From positions 1-50,825 of the IMG/VR virus record IMGVR_UViG_3300036780_000409: a stretch of DNA of 50,825 nt; one strand, 5' to 3'. Source of the stretch: a virus (lineage: Duplodnaviria; Caudoviricetes). The position numbers were made by a program, and so were the translations under genes. This document shows, in pieces, positions 8,355 to 17,487 of this stretch. The notes below the pieces were generated by a model, which was not told the DNA's origin, did no database searches, and was given only the letters and a program-made list of their open reading frames with translations. Position 1 is the stretch's first letter, and every line of letters begins with the position of its first letter.

Positions 8355-8939
8355 ATGGTCGTAAAGGGAAAAGGCGGGAATTTTAGAGAGAACGTTGTAG
8401 CGGCAGCAAAAGCGGACGGGCAAACGGTCGAGCCGGTCGCCGAGCAGCAACAGCTTATCGACACCACCGCGCCGGTGCCGAGCGTGATCGGGGAAAAGTT
8501 CCTGGTGCGCTTCGTGCGCGAAGGCGGTTTCAAAAAAGAAGAAAACGAGAGAACGGTGGGCATCGATTTCTCGACGGCCTTGACGGCGGCGCACGACGAT
8601 CTTCTCGATCCGAACGTGCTCTCGTCTGTGAAGTTTCTGCGCAAGAACCACGCGGGCGGAGTCAGCGATATTGAGATTCCCGCCCAGACCATTGAAATCT
8701 TCCTCGCGCCGGAAATGCCCAACATCCTGAAGCTGATCGGCGTCGAAGCGGTGCGCGTGAACGTCGATTACATCCTCGAAAAAGGCTCAGGGAAAGAGAC
8801 CAAGGCGCTGCGTCTTTCGTGGCGGACGATTGCCGAGGCCACCCAGGAAGTCGTGGAATTCATTCGCACGCACTTTGACGAGAGCTTGTGGATGGAGATG
8901 CGGCCTAGTCAGGGAGTTTTGAAGGAACAGGCGGCGTAG
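8355..8939 (+). CDS. Hypothetical protein
   Basis: AAGGAGA RBS before the ATG at 8355 (the track start at 8235 is less likely). Confidence 0.75.
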   Translation: MVVKGKGGNFRENVVAAAKADGQTVEPVAEQQQLIDTTAPVPSVIGEKFLVRFVREGGFKKEENERTVGIDFSTALTAAHDDLLDPNVLSSVKFLRKNHAGGVSDIEIPAQTIEIFLAPEMPNILKLIGVEAVRVNVDYILEKGSGKETKALRLSWRTIAEATQEVVEFIRTHFDESLWMEMRPSQGVLKEQAA

Positions 8940-11567
8940 TTGCGCCAATCGGCCCAAGTCGAAACGCGGCTCGCGGAGTACCGCGCGTTCCTGGAAGCGA
9001 AGCGTGTAGCGGCCCCGGAGCGCGGCATTGCGGTACCCGCGACGGCGTTGAGAGATGTCCTCAAACCGTTCCAGCGGGACATTGTGGCCTGGGCCTTGCG
9101 CCGGGGATGCGCGGCGATCTTTGCCTCCTTCGGATTGGGCAAGACGCTTATGCAACTGGAGATTGCCGCGCATATCGTGGACCGCTGCGAGGGGAACTTT
9201 CTGATCGTGACGCCGCTTGGAGTTCGTCAGGAGTTCACGCGAGATGCGGCGCTATTGGGCGTGCGGACCAAATTCATCCGGTCGATCGATGAGTGCGATT
9301 CGGAGCATTCGATCTACCTCACCAATTACGAGACGATCCGCGATGGCAAATTGGATCCTCGCAAATTCACTGGCGTGAGCCTGGACGAAGCGGCCATCCT
9401 TCGCGGTTTCGGAGGCTCGAAAACGTTCCGCGAATTCATGCGGCTATTTGAGAACGGGCAGGTGCGCTACAAGTTCGTGGCCACGGCTACGCCTTCGCCG
9501 AACGAATTTATTGAACTGTTGGCCTACTCCGCGTTCCTCGACGTAATGGACGTTGGGCAGGCGAAGACCCGATTCTTCAAGCGCGATTCGACCAATGCCG
9601 ACAATCTGACCTTGCATCCGCACAAAGAGCGCGAATTCTGGCTGTGGATGTCCACTTGGGCGATCTTCCTGCAGAAGCCATCAGAATTGGGCTATTCCGA
9701 CGAAGGCTACGAACTCCCGGAGATGGATATCCGCTGGCACGAAATCCCCACGGACCACGCGGATGCCGGCGAGGAAGTCTCGGGACAGAAGCGGCTCGTG
9801 CGCAATGCCGCGATTGGCGTGACCGACGCCTCGCGCGAGAAGAGGCGATCGCTGCCCGGGCGCCTAGCGAAGCTGATGGAGATTCGCGCGGAGGACTTGG
9901 AAGCACACCGGGTGATCTGGCACGACCTGGAAGATGAGCGCCGTGCGATTGAGAGCGCCATTCCCGCGTGCGCCACCGTTTACGGCAGTCAACCCTTAGA
10001 CGAGCGCGAGGAAATCGTTATCGACTTCTCGGAAGGCAAGATTCAGGAACTCGCCAGTAAGCCGGTGATGCTTGGGTCAGGTTGCAATTTTCAACGCCAC
10101 TGCCATTGGGCCGTATTCCTGGGCATCGGCTTCAAATTCAACGACTTCATACAGGCCATCCACAGGTGCCATCGCTTCTTGCAAACGAAGAAAGTCCGGG
10201 TCGACCTGATCTACACCGAAGCCGAGCGCGAAGTGCGCCGCACGCTCGAACGCAAATGGGATGAGCACAAAAAGCTCGTGGCCAAGATGAGCGAAATCAT
10301 CCGCGAATACGGACTGGCGGCGAACGCGCTGCACGCGGAGATGTCGCGCGGCATGGGAATCGATCGGCACGAAGAATCGGGCGATTCTTGGCGCATGGTG
10401 AACGCCGATTGCGTGGAAGAGGCCGCGGCGCTTGCCTCTGACTCGGCCGGCCTGATCCTCACGTCGATTCCGTTCTCAACGCAGTACGAGTACAGCCCGA
10501 ACTATTCCGACTTCGGACACTCGGACGACAACGGACATTTTTTCCGGCAGATGGACTTTCTGACTCCGGAACTCTATCGCGTGCTCAAGCCCGGGCGCGT
10601 GGCGGCGATTCACGTGAAGGACCGCATCGTGCCGGGCGGCATGACGGGCCTGGGATTCCAGACGGTCTACCCATTCCACGCCGATTGCATCGCCCACTAC
10701 ACCAAGCACGGTTTCGCGTATCTCGGAATGAAGACCATCGTCACGGACGTGGTGCGCGAGAACAATCAGACCTATCGCCTGGGCTGGACCGAACAGTGCA
10801 AGGACGGCTCGCGCATGGGCGTGGGGATGCCGGAATACCTACTGCTATTCCGCAAGCCGCCTACCGATGGCGCCAATGGCTACGCGGACGAGCCGGTCGT
10901 CAAGTCGAAGGCCGAGTACTCGAGATCGCGCTGGCAGATTGACGCGCACGGCTTCGCACGGTCGAGCGGGGATCGCCTGCTCGCGCCGGAAGATTTGACC
11001 GCGCTGCCCCACGAGCGCATTTCCAAACTTTTCCGCAGCTTTTCCACCGGCGAAGTCTACGACTACGAGCGCCACGTCGCGTTGAGCGAATCGCTGGAAA
11101 CCTGCCCAGAGTGCCATCACATTCACATCGGCTCGGAAGTTTGCGGACGCAACGGGAACGGCACGCCAAAGTGCGAATGCCGGGGAAGCGGCCGCTTGCC
11201 GGTCACGTTCATGCTGATGCAGCCGCAAAGTTGGCACCCGGACGTGTACACCGACATAACGCGCATGCGCACGCTCAACGGAGCGCAACAAGCCAAAGGG
11301 CGCGAGATGCATTTGTGCCCGATGCAGTTCGATCTGGCGGACCGGGTAATTGCGCAATTCTCGCGACCGGGTGAAACCGTTTTCGACCCCTTCGCGGGAA
11401 TCGGAACTTGTCCAATGCGAGCGGTAAAGCTCGGGCGCTTCGGCCTGGGAATCGAGCTGAGCGAACGCTATTTCGTGGACGCGGTTTATTACTGCCGCGA
11501 GGCCGAGCGTGGCCGCAACGTTCCGGCGTTGTTTGATTTAGAAGTGGAAGCCGAGGTCTCTCTGTGA
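8940..11567 (+). CDS. SNF2-like helicase fused to a beta-class amino-DNA methyltransferase
   Basis: Helicase motifs FGLGKT, LDEAA, TATPSPN, QAIHRCHR; MTase motif IV TSIPF precedes motif I DPFAGIGT. Confidence 0.9.
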   Translation: MRQSAQVETRLAEYRAFLEAKRVAAPERGIAVPATALRDVLKPFQRDIVAWALRRGCAAIFASFGLGKTLMQLEIAAHIVDRCEGNFLIVTPLGVRQEFTRDAALLGVRTKFIRSIDECDSEHSIYLTNYETIRDGKLDPRKFTGVSLDEAAILRGFGGSKTFREFMRLFENGQVRYKFVATATPSPNEFIELLAYSAFLDVMDVGQAKTRFFKRDSTNADNLTLHPHKEREFWLWMSTWAIFLQKPSELGYSDEGYELPEMDIRWHEIPTDHADAGEEVSGQKRLVRNAAIGVTDASREKRRSLPGRLAKLMEIRAEDLEAHRVIWHDLEDERRAIESAIPACATVYGSQPLDEREEIVIDFSEGKIQELASKPVMLGSGCNFQRHCHWAVFLGIGFKFNDFIQAIHRCHRFLQTKKVRVDLIYTEAEREVRRTLERKWDEHKKLVAKMSEIIREYGLAANALHAEMSRGMGIDRHEESGDSWRMVNADCVEEAAALASDSAGLILTSIPFSTQYEYSPNYSDFGHSDDNGHFFRQMDFLTPELYRVLKPGRVAAIHVKDRIVPGGMTGLGFQTVYPFHADCIAHYTKHGFAYLGMKTIVTDVVRENNQTYRLGWTEQCKDGSRMGVGMPEYLLLFRKPPTDGANGYADEPVVKSKAEYSRSRWQIDAHGFARSSGDRLLAPEDLTALPHERISKLFRSFSTGEVYDYERHVALSESLETCPECHHIHIGSEVCGRNGNGTPKCECRGSGRLPVTFMLMQPQSWHPDVYTDITRMRTLNGAQQAKGREMHLCPMQFDLADRVIAQFSRPGETVFDPFAGIGTCPMRAVKLGRFGLGIELSERYFVDAVYYCREAERGRNVPALFDLEVEAEVSL

Positions 11568-11752
11568 CCGACTCTCTCCCCGCCAAAGGCCAAATGTGGC
11601 TCAGAAGCTCCGGCCCCAACAAAGGCGCGCGCGTCGAAGTGGTCAAGGCGGACAAGCGCACCGTCGAGTACCGGGCGTATGCGGGAGGGAAAGTGCTGGC
11701 GATGTTCCCGGAGGATTTTTGCAATTCGTTCGAGATGGAGAGGAAGGCGTGA
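11564..11752 (+). CDS. Hypothetical small beta-barrel protein
   Basis: GTGA coupling; KGQMW...F...F pattern. Confidence 0.6.
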   Translation: MTDSLPAKGQMWLRSSGPNKGARVEVVKADKRTVEYRAYAGGKVLAMFPEDFCNSFEMERKA

Positions 11753-11793
11753 GCCAAATCGTTCTAGGTAAAGCGGGGAACGCAAAGGTATGA
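11749..11793 (+). pseudogene. 14-codon stub (MSQIVLGKAGNAKV), possible N-terminal remnant of a replaced ATPase gene
   Basis: Strong RBS, GTGA and ATGA coupling. Resembles the I-x-LG-x(5)-V lead-in of HerA/DUF87 proteins. Confidence 0.35.
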
Positions 11794-13544
11794 GCGATCC
11801 ACTAATGCCCGCAGCCGCTCTCGATCAGCATTTAATTGCGCTCGGGAAGACCGGCGCCGGCAAATCCTCTGCCGTGCGCGTTCTGGTCGAGGACCTGCTT
11901 GAGCGGAAAGAGCGTGTGGTTGTCATAACCCCAAAGAGCGATTGGTGGGGAATCAAGCTGGCCGCCGATGGAAAACACGCCGGATATCCGCTCGTAGTTT
12001 TTGGAGGAGATCACGCCGACATGCCGCTCAACCACACGAGTGGGAAGATGATGGCGGAGCTTCTGGCCTCCGGGAACCGCTCGGCCGTTTTGCAGATGCG
12101 CGAATTCATGCCAGCCGAGCGTGAGCAGTTTTGGGGCGATTTCGCGATGGGCCTTTTTCGATTACTGGAAGGAAAAATGTATCTGGTTATCGATGAGGTT
12201 CATAATTTCGCGCCGAAAGGCAAGGTCGAGGGAAAAGCCGCGACCATGCTCCATTGGTCCAACAAACTCGCGAGCGAGTCGCGTGGCCTCGGTATAACGC
12301 TAATCGCAGCGTCCCAGCGCCCCCAAAAAGTTCACAACGATTTTCTGACCTCCTGTGAAACGTTGATCGCAATGCGCGTCACGACGCAATGGGACCGGCA
12401 GGCCATCAAGGATTGGATCGATGGTTGCGGTGATAAGGAAACGGGCGCCGAGGTCTTGAGCACTTTGGCGCAGATGAAACGCGGCGACGCCTGGGTGTGG
12501 TCCCCGGAGATCGAGTTTGGTCCGAAGCAGATTCACTTCCCCATGTTCAGGACCTACGACTCTTTTAAGCCGCAAGAGCCAAAGGCGGTTAAATCGCTCA
12601 GTGGATGGGCAGAGGTGAATCTGGAGGATGTCCGCAAGAAGCTGGACTATGTTGTCAAGGAAGCCGAGGCGAACGATCCGAATAAACTTCGCACCCGCAT
12701 CGCGCAGCTTGAGGCAGAAGCGCGCAAGAAGCCCGCAGCCACGAAGGAAGTTGCTGTCGCTGACGCCAAGGCCATCGAACGCGCGGCGCGACAAGTCGAA
12801 CAGGGATTTCGAACGCAACTCGGTCAATTGGAGAAAGGGATGAAATCCGCGCAACGGACACTTTCACTGATTGCTGAGGCTGCGAGTTCGGCGAGCGCAA
12901 AGATGGGACCCATTAAGCCGTTCGTTCTGCCGCAAGTTTCGGGAGCGGAAATCCAACAGAAAGGGCTCGCGCTGGAACGGGCTGCGCAAAACCTATCGCA
13001 TGCAGCGCCCATCCGCTCCCGTCAATTACCGCCGATTGCCACGGAAGCCCACACCAATGGCGATTCGGAACTGACTGGCCCGATGCGCAAGATCCTCCGC
13101 GCGCTGGCTGAACTCTCCGCCATCGGCAAGGATGCGCCGCCCAAAGCGATGGCCGCGGCGTGGGCTGGTTACTCCGCGCAAGGTGGTGCCTTTGGCAATC
13201 CCATCGGCACGCTGAATAGTTTGGGCCTGGTGCGCTATCCGCAACCGGGATTCGTTTCGTTGACCGAGGAAGGCGCGTCCGCAATTGGCGCGCAAGATGT
13301 GCCGGATTCATCCGAAGTGAGACGAAGAATCGAGTCGATTTGCACCGGACCGGAGCGAAAGATTCTCACGGCGCTTCTGGAAAATGGCGAGGGGGAAATC
13401 TCCAAAGAGGAACTTGCGGAGAAAAGCGGGTACTCGCCGGTGGGCGGCGCTTTCGGGAATCCGATTGGAGCGTTGCGCACGAAAGGGCTGCTCGATTATC
13501 CGCGACCGGGGATGGTCCGAGCGGCGGAGTGGTTGTTCATATGA
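11790..13544 (+). CDS. HerA/FtsK-superfamily (DUF87-like) ATPase with coiled coil and two C-terminal winged-helix-like repeats
   Basis: HLIALGKTGAGKS, LVIDEVH, SRGLG and ASQRP motifs; duplicated TGPxRKIL...GYS..GGAFGNPIGxL...GL..YP.PG. Confidence 0.88.
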   Translation: MSDPLMPAAALDQHLIALGKTGAGKSSAVRVLVEDLLERKERVVVITPKSDWWGIKLAADGKHAGYPLVVFGGDHADMPLNHTSGKMMAELLASGNRSAVLQMREFMPAEREQFWGDFAMGLFRLLEGKMYLVIDEVHNFAPKGKVEGKAATMLHWSNKLASESRGLGITLIAASQRPQKVHNDFLTSCETLIAMRVTTQWDRQAIKDWIDGCGDKETGAEVLSTLAQMKRGDAWVWSPEIEFGPKQIHFPMFRTYDSFKPQEPKAVKSLSGWAEVNLEDVRKKLDYVVKEAEANDPNKLRTRIAQLEAEARKKPAATKEVAVADAKAIERAARQVEQGFRTQLGQLEKGMKSAQRTLSLIAEAASSASAKMGPIKPFVLPQVSGAEIQQKGLALERAAQNLSHAAPIRSRQLPPIATEAHTNGDSELTGPMRKILRALAELSAIGKDAPPKAMAAAWAGYSAQGGAFGNPIGTLNSLGLVRYPQPGFVSLTEEGASAIGAQDVPDSSEVRRRIESICTGPERKILTALLENGEGEISKEELAEKSGYSPVGGAFGNPIGALRTKGLLDYPRPGMVRAAEWLFI

Positions 13545-13951
13545 AGCATTCCAAAATCGATCCGAGCCTCGAACCGCGCAAGCAGCTCGCGACGTTTTAC
13601 ATGCTCGGCTACAGGTCCGAAGGATCGCGTTTCGAGCGCCGGCTGTACCAGCGCATTTGGTGGCGCATTCGTATGTCGGACCCATCGAACCGCGCGGAGA
13701 TAAACGCCAAGCGCCGCGAGAACGCCGCCCGTCACAGGATCAAGAATCGTAGACGCTGCGCAAAGTGGCGCCGCGAAAACCGCGCGTGGATCAGGAAAGC
13801 GACACGCAAGAGATGGAACAAAATCTGCCGGCGATGCGCTTTCTGTCGGGCGCGATCGACGTACCAGAATCGGCTGAAATTGGTCGAGCGGATAGTGCCG
13901 GACGGGAAGGGAAATTGGGAGGCGAGGAAGGTGTATTGGTGCGGTTGTTAG
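13541..13951 (+). CDS. Highly basic protein with C-terminal CxxC...CxC
   Basis: ATGA coupling at 13541; Arg/Lys/Trp-rich helix. Confidence 0.6.
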   Translation: MKHSKIDPSLEPRKQLATFYMLGYRSEGSRFERRLYQRIWWRIRMSDPSNRAEINAKRRENAARHRIKNRRRCAKWRRENRAWIRKATRKRWNKICRRCAFCRARSTYQNRLKLVERIVPDGKGNWEARKVYWCGC

Positions 13952-14048
13952 CACGTTAAAAAAATTTGGTCAAGTTGCGGCATACATTTTTGTACGGATT
14001 TTGGAGTGGGAAATTCGGGTATCTAGGTCTCGCCTGAGGGGGCGATGA

Positions 14049-14837
14049 ATGCCAAAGAGGATTCTTGATTTCGAGGCGATGTGGGCATCAGGAAAGCTCT
14101 CGAAATGTAAACCGCAGAACCGGTCGGAGTACTCGTGGCTTTACGGTTTGGCGGACGTCAATGGGTCATTTGAAATGACGAATATGACCGTTATTTTCGG
14201 GAAGGTGGCCCCGATCCGGCCCGACCTTACCGTCGCCCGCTTGGAGGAGATTTTCAACGATTTCCACAGGAACGACCTTTTGTACAAGTGGCAGGACGAG
14301 GCTTCCGGCAAGGTTTTTGGGCACTGGATAGGCTCAGAAAAGGGCGGAAGACTACCGCCGAAGAGCCAGAGGGAGAAGTACGCAACAAGCGCGCCACCTG
14401 TCCCTAAAGAGAAGACGAAAAGGGCTTTACCTCCCATTACAGAATCTAGATTAAATCTAGAGCCGGTCCAGAGTGAATCTCGACCTGAGTCTAGACAGGA
14501 AGGGTTTGGTTTAGGTTTGGATTCTGATAGGAAGGGAAAGGTAAATACAACTTCTAGGAACGCGCAAAATCAGCGCGTCCCAAGCCTCTCTCTCGTTTCT
14601 GATTTGGCCCGAAAAAAACAACTAACCCCACAGCAAATCGAATACGGCAAGGTCCACACTTTGGCGAATGAAGCCTTGCGCCTGATCGGAAAACAGGAAC
14701 GCGAGACCGGGAAAGTCGACGAGTTTGCGCTCAAAGAAGACTTGAAGCAGTGGTGCGCGAGCTGCGGCATTCCGTACAACGCCGACGAAATCAGGCGGGC
14801 GCTAGATGCCGCGTCCGGAAAGGCAAAGAGCGCATGA
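14049..14837 (+). CDS. Phage replication initiator (lambda O/replisome organiser-like)
   Basis: N-terminal LYGLADVNG wHTH-like region; central iteron-encoded linker followed by GFGLGLD; position before the nucleases. Confidence 0.7.
   Translation: MPKRILDFEAMWASGKLSKCKPQNRSEYSWLYGLADVNGSFEMTNMTVIFGKVAPIRPDLTVARLEEIFNDFHRNDLLYKWQDEASGKVFGHWIGSEKGGRLPPKSQREKYATSAPPVPKEKTKRALPPITESRLNLEPVQSESRPESRQEGFGLGLDSDRKGKVNTTSRNAQNQRVPSLSLVSDLARKKQLTPQQIEYGKVHTLANEALRLIGKQERETGKVDEFALKEDLKQWCASCGIPYNADEIRRALDAASGKAKSA
14442..14495. repeat. Iteron array, probable replication origin
   Basis: TCTAGA, TCTAGA, TCCAGA, TCTCGA, TCTAGA at 14445, 14456, 14467, 14478, 14490 (spacing 11, 11, 11, 12) inside the initiator gene. 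Confidence 0.7.
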
Positions 14838-15244
14838 CCTTCGCCCTAACCGCACCGGCACCCAAAAAAAAGAGCGCCAAGTCCGAACTGGAAGAAGCCT
14901 TGTTCGATGAACTGAAACTCTACGGCTTGCCGGTCCCGATTCGCCAACACAAGTTCCATCCCGAGCGTCTCTGGAAATTCGACTTCGCGTGGCCGAAGCA
15001 CAAGATCGCCATCGAACTGCAAGGCGGAATCTACGTCGGCGGAGCGCACAGCCGCGGCGCCTACCAGGAAGGCGACTACGAAAAACTCAACGAGGCCGCG
15101 CGTCTGGGCTGGAAAGTTTTCCAGTTCGGCCCGAGCCAGGTGCGCCGCAAAAAGCGCACGAACGCCTCCTCGAAAGCCCTCACGTTCATGTACGACATCC
15201 TGCGCGAAGAGGCCATGCCGCTCGTGGGACAGGTGAGCCAGTGA
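14834..15244 (+). CDS. DUF559/Vsr-like PD-(D/E)XK endonuclease
   Basis: FHPERLWKFDFAWP..KIAIELQGG....H.R...DYEKLNEA...GW. Confidence 0.85.
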   Translation: MTFALTAPAPKKKSAKSELEEALFDELKLYGLPVPIRQHKFHPERLWKFDFAWPKHKIAIELQGGIYVGGAHSRGAYQEGDYEKLNEAARLGWKVFQFGPSQVRRKKRTNASSKALTFMYDILREEAMPLVGQVSQ

Positions 15245-15807
15245 GCAAAATCTGGACGCACAGCGATCTCTGTTTGCGTGCGCAACGATGGCTATCCGGC
15301 ACGCGGAGATGCGATCCGGTCTTCGCGAATATCGCGTCATGCGCGGAAATTCCCGACGCAATCGGATGGTCGAGTTCGTATCGAATGGGCGGAAGCACGG
15401 TGATCGAATGCAAAACATCCCTCTCGGATTTTTACGCGGACCAACGGAAATATTCAGTCTGGAGGCACAAAGAGCGCGGTTGGGACGAGTACCGAAACTC
15501 TCGTCGGGGGGTGACCCCGGAGCAGGCGACTGAATTGGGTTATGGGTTGATCGACCTTCCACGCATGGGCGATTACAGATTTTATTTTTGTGAGCCGGGA
15601 ATAATCACACCCGAAAATCTGACGGCGAACGCCCCCGATCACGGCCTCTGCTACGTCACGGCAAATCGCGTGAAGGTCATCGTGCCTGCGCCGGAACGTA
15701 CGAACGTGAACAAGAACGGGGAGATTCGCTATTTGCGATTCGCGATCCTCAACCGGAAGTTGCCGTATTTTCAACCTGAGCCGTTACGTGAGGCGGTGAG
15801 CCAGTGA
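15241..15807 (+). CDS. PD-(D/E)XK-family protein (MmcB-like)
   Basis: EIPDAIGW, VIECKTSLSDFYAD, GDYRFY and HGL motifs; GTG start at 15241. Confidence 0.75.
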   Translation: MSKIWTHSDLCLRAQRWLSGTRRCDPVFANIASCAEIPDAIGWSSSYRMGGSTVIECKTSLSDFYADQRKYSVWRHKERGWDEYRNSRRGVTPEQATELGYGLIDLPRMGDYRFYFCEPGIITPENLTANAPDHGLCYVTANRVKVIVPAPERTNVNKNGEIRYLRFAILNRKLPYFQPEPLREAVSQ

Positions 15808-16247
15808 AAGCCATCACGCTTTGGCAACCGTGGGCCTCGCTCATAGCCTTCGAGGAAAAGCGCGTCGAGACGCGGAGTTGGGCGACGAAGTATCGCGGGA
15901 AGATTGCGATTCACGCGGCGGCGAAAGAAACGAAAGTATGGGCCGAATCTTCGCGCCGTAGAGATTTTCATCTCGCCATGTGTGCAATCACCGAGAAGCA
16001 TTCGTGGGGCGAAGGCTACTGGCCGAACTCGCATCATCGCGTGGGATTCGGAGCAATTCTCTGCGTTGCAACGCTCGCGGGGATCGAGCACACCGAAGCC
16101 GTCCGCGATGATCTTTCCGAGCAAGAGCGCCTTTTCGGAAATTACGAAGACGGCCGCTACGCGTGGTTTTTCGAGAGCGTTGAGCGATTTGAAAAGCCGA
16201 TCCCGGCGAAAGGCAATCGTATGATTTGGAATTGGAAATCGCTATGA
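15804..16247 (+). CDS. ASCH domain protein
   Basis: MKAITLWQPWASLI...KRVETRSW..YRG.IAIHAA; PIPAKG...W. Confidence 0.92.
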   Translation: MKAITLWQPWASLIAFEEKRVETRSWATKYRGKIAIHAAAKETKVWAESSRRRDFHLAMCAITEKHSWGEGYWPNSHHRVGFGAILCVATLAGIEHTEAVRDDLSEQERLFGNYEDGRYAWFFESVERFEKPIPAKGNRMIWNWKSL

Positions 16248-16963
16248 CTAAATACATCTACGCCGCCTGCTCCGTCGCCGTCACCATCTGCCTCTGCCTG
16301 ACGCTGGTAGCCATCCGCGCCAAAGTGAAAGCGGAGACGGTGACTTCCATCGACGGCGCGCAAATCAACGCCGCGATTTCAGCGGTCAAAGATTCGGTGA
16401 CCATCTTCCGAAATGCCGAACAGGAACAAGCCGATGACTACGATCCCAAAAAACCGGGAAGCATTCCGAACCAGATTTTCCGGCTCATCGAAGACACCAA
16501 AACCGCCGTGGGCAAAACCGATCTCAATCTCAACGGTGGACCCGATCTCATGCACCGGGGCGTGGATATTCCTGGAGTGCTGCCCGAACTTGCAAAGGGA
16601 CTGGCCTCCACAAACCAGATGGCACTTGATAGTGACGCCTCGGTCAAAACGGTTACCGGTCAGCTCGTTACCGATCTGGGTTCGCTGGATACTTCGCTTG
16701 GAAATCTGGGCACTGCGAGCGCGGCGGTGGCTGCGCAGACTCCGCCACTGCTTTCGCATCTGAACGACGCGGCGACTTCATCTGCCGTCGCGACGGATCA
16801 AATGGCGCAAGCCACAGCGAACGTGAACGGCATCAGCAAAGACGCGAAGGACATTGCGGACAAAATTCACGACGACTTCATGCACCCGGTTCATCGCGCC
16901 TGGTATTACATCCGGCAAGTTTTGGGGATAGCTTCAGACGCAGGAAATGCTTCAAAAATCTAA
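16244..16963 (+). CDS. Membrane-anchored helical protein in lysis region (possible spanin-like)
   Basis: N-terminal TM segment followed by an Ala/Thr-rich helical region; directly upstream of the holin-like gene. Confidence 0.55.
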   Translation: MTKYIYAACSVAVTICLCLTLVAIRAKVKAETVTSIDGAQINAAISAVKDSVTIFRNAEQEQADDYDPKKPGSIPNQIFRLIEDTKTAVGKTDLNLNGGPDLMHRGVDIPGVLPELAKGLASTNQMALDSDASVKTVTGQLVTDLGSLDTSLGNLGTASAAVAAQTPPLLSHLNDAATSSAVATDQMAQATANVNGISKDAKDIADKIHDDFMHPVHRAWYYIRQVLGIASDAGNASKI

Positions 16964-16974
16964 GGAGGAAACAG

Positions 16975-17412
16975 ATGGCAAGCGCAACGGCAGCACCGGC
17001 AAAAAAAGGCTGGCTTTCATCGGTTGGCCATTTCTTCGGATCGATTCTCAACATCGCAGCGACCAAGGCCGCGCCCGTGGCGGACATGGCGACGAAAGTG
17101 TTTGACGTGATGTTCCCGCAATTCGCCACGGCTGCGAATACGGCCGACAACCTGATCGACAACATCGCCAAAGAAGCGATTGTGACCGAGGGCGTAGTGC
17201 AAGCGGCCGGCACGGCAACGGGAGGCGGCGAAGCGAAGTTGCAGGCCGTTCTCGCAAACGTGGGACCGGCAATCGACCAGTGGGTCGCCTCGCGCTTTCC
17301 GGGATCGACGCAAGTATCCGCAGCGGCGAAAGCTGGCTTGGTGAGCGCCGTTGTGAATATTGCGAACGAAGTAACGGCCCCGATCGGCGCAAGCACACCA
17401 GCAACGGCCTGA
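16975..17412 (+). CDS. Holin-like/lysis-region protein
   Basis: AAGGAGG RBS; amphipathic N-terminus; GGEAKLQAV resembles the GxxK motif of LL-H-type holins. Confidence 0.5.
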   Translation: MASATAAPAKKGWLSSVGHFFGSILNIAATKAAPVADMATKVFDVMFPQFATAANTADNLIDNIAKEAIVTEGVVQAAGTATGGGEAKLQAVLANVGPAIDQWVASRFPGSTQVSAAAKAGLVSAVVNIANEVTAPIGASTPATA

Positions 17413-17487
17413 ACTCAGCGGTTACATTTTAACCGGGCCGTTAAATTTCACGCGGCCCGTTAAATTTCGAGCAGCAAAAGGAGAAAC

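Noticed and set aside
6480-8939. Many early proteins ending in AA as ssrA-like degrons
   Set aside because: Largely explained by the GAGG/GCGGCG-TGA junction sequence serving the next gene's RBS and start; this cannot be separated from true degrons by eye.
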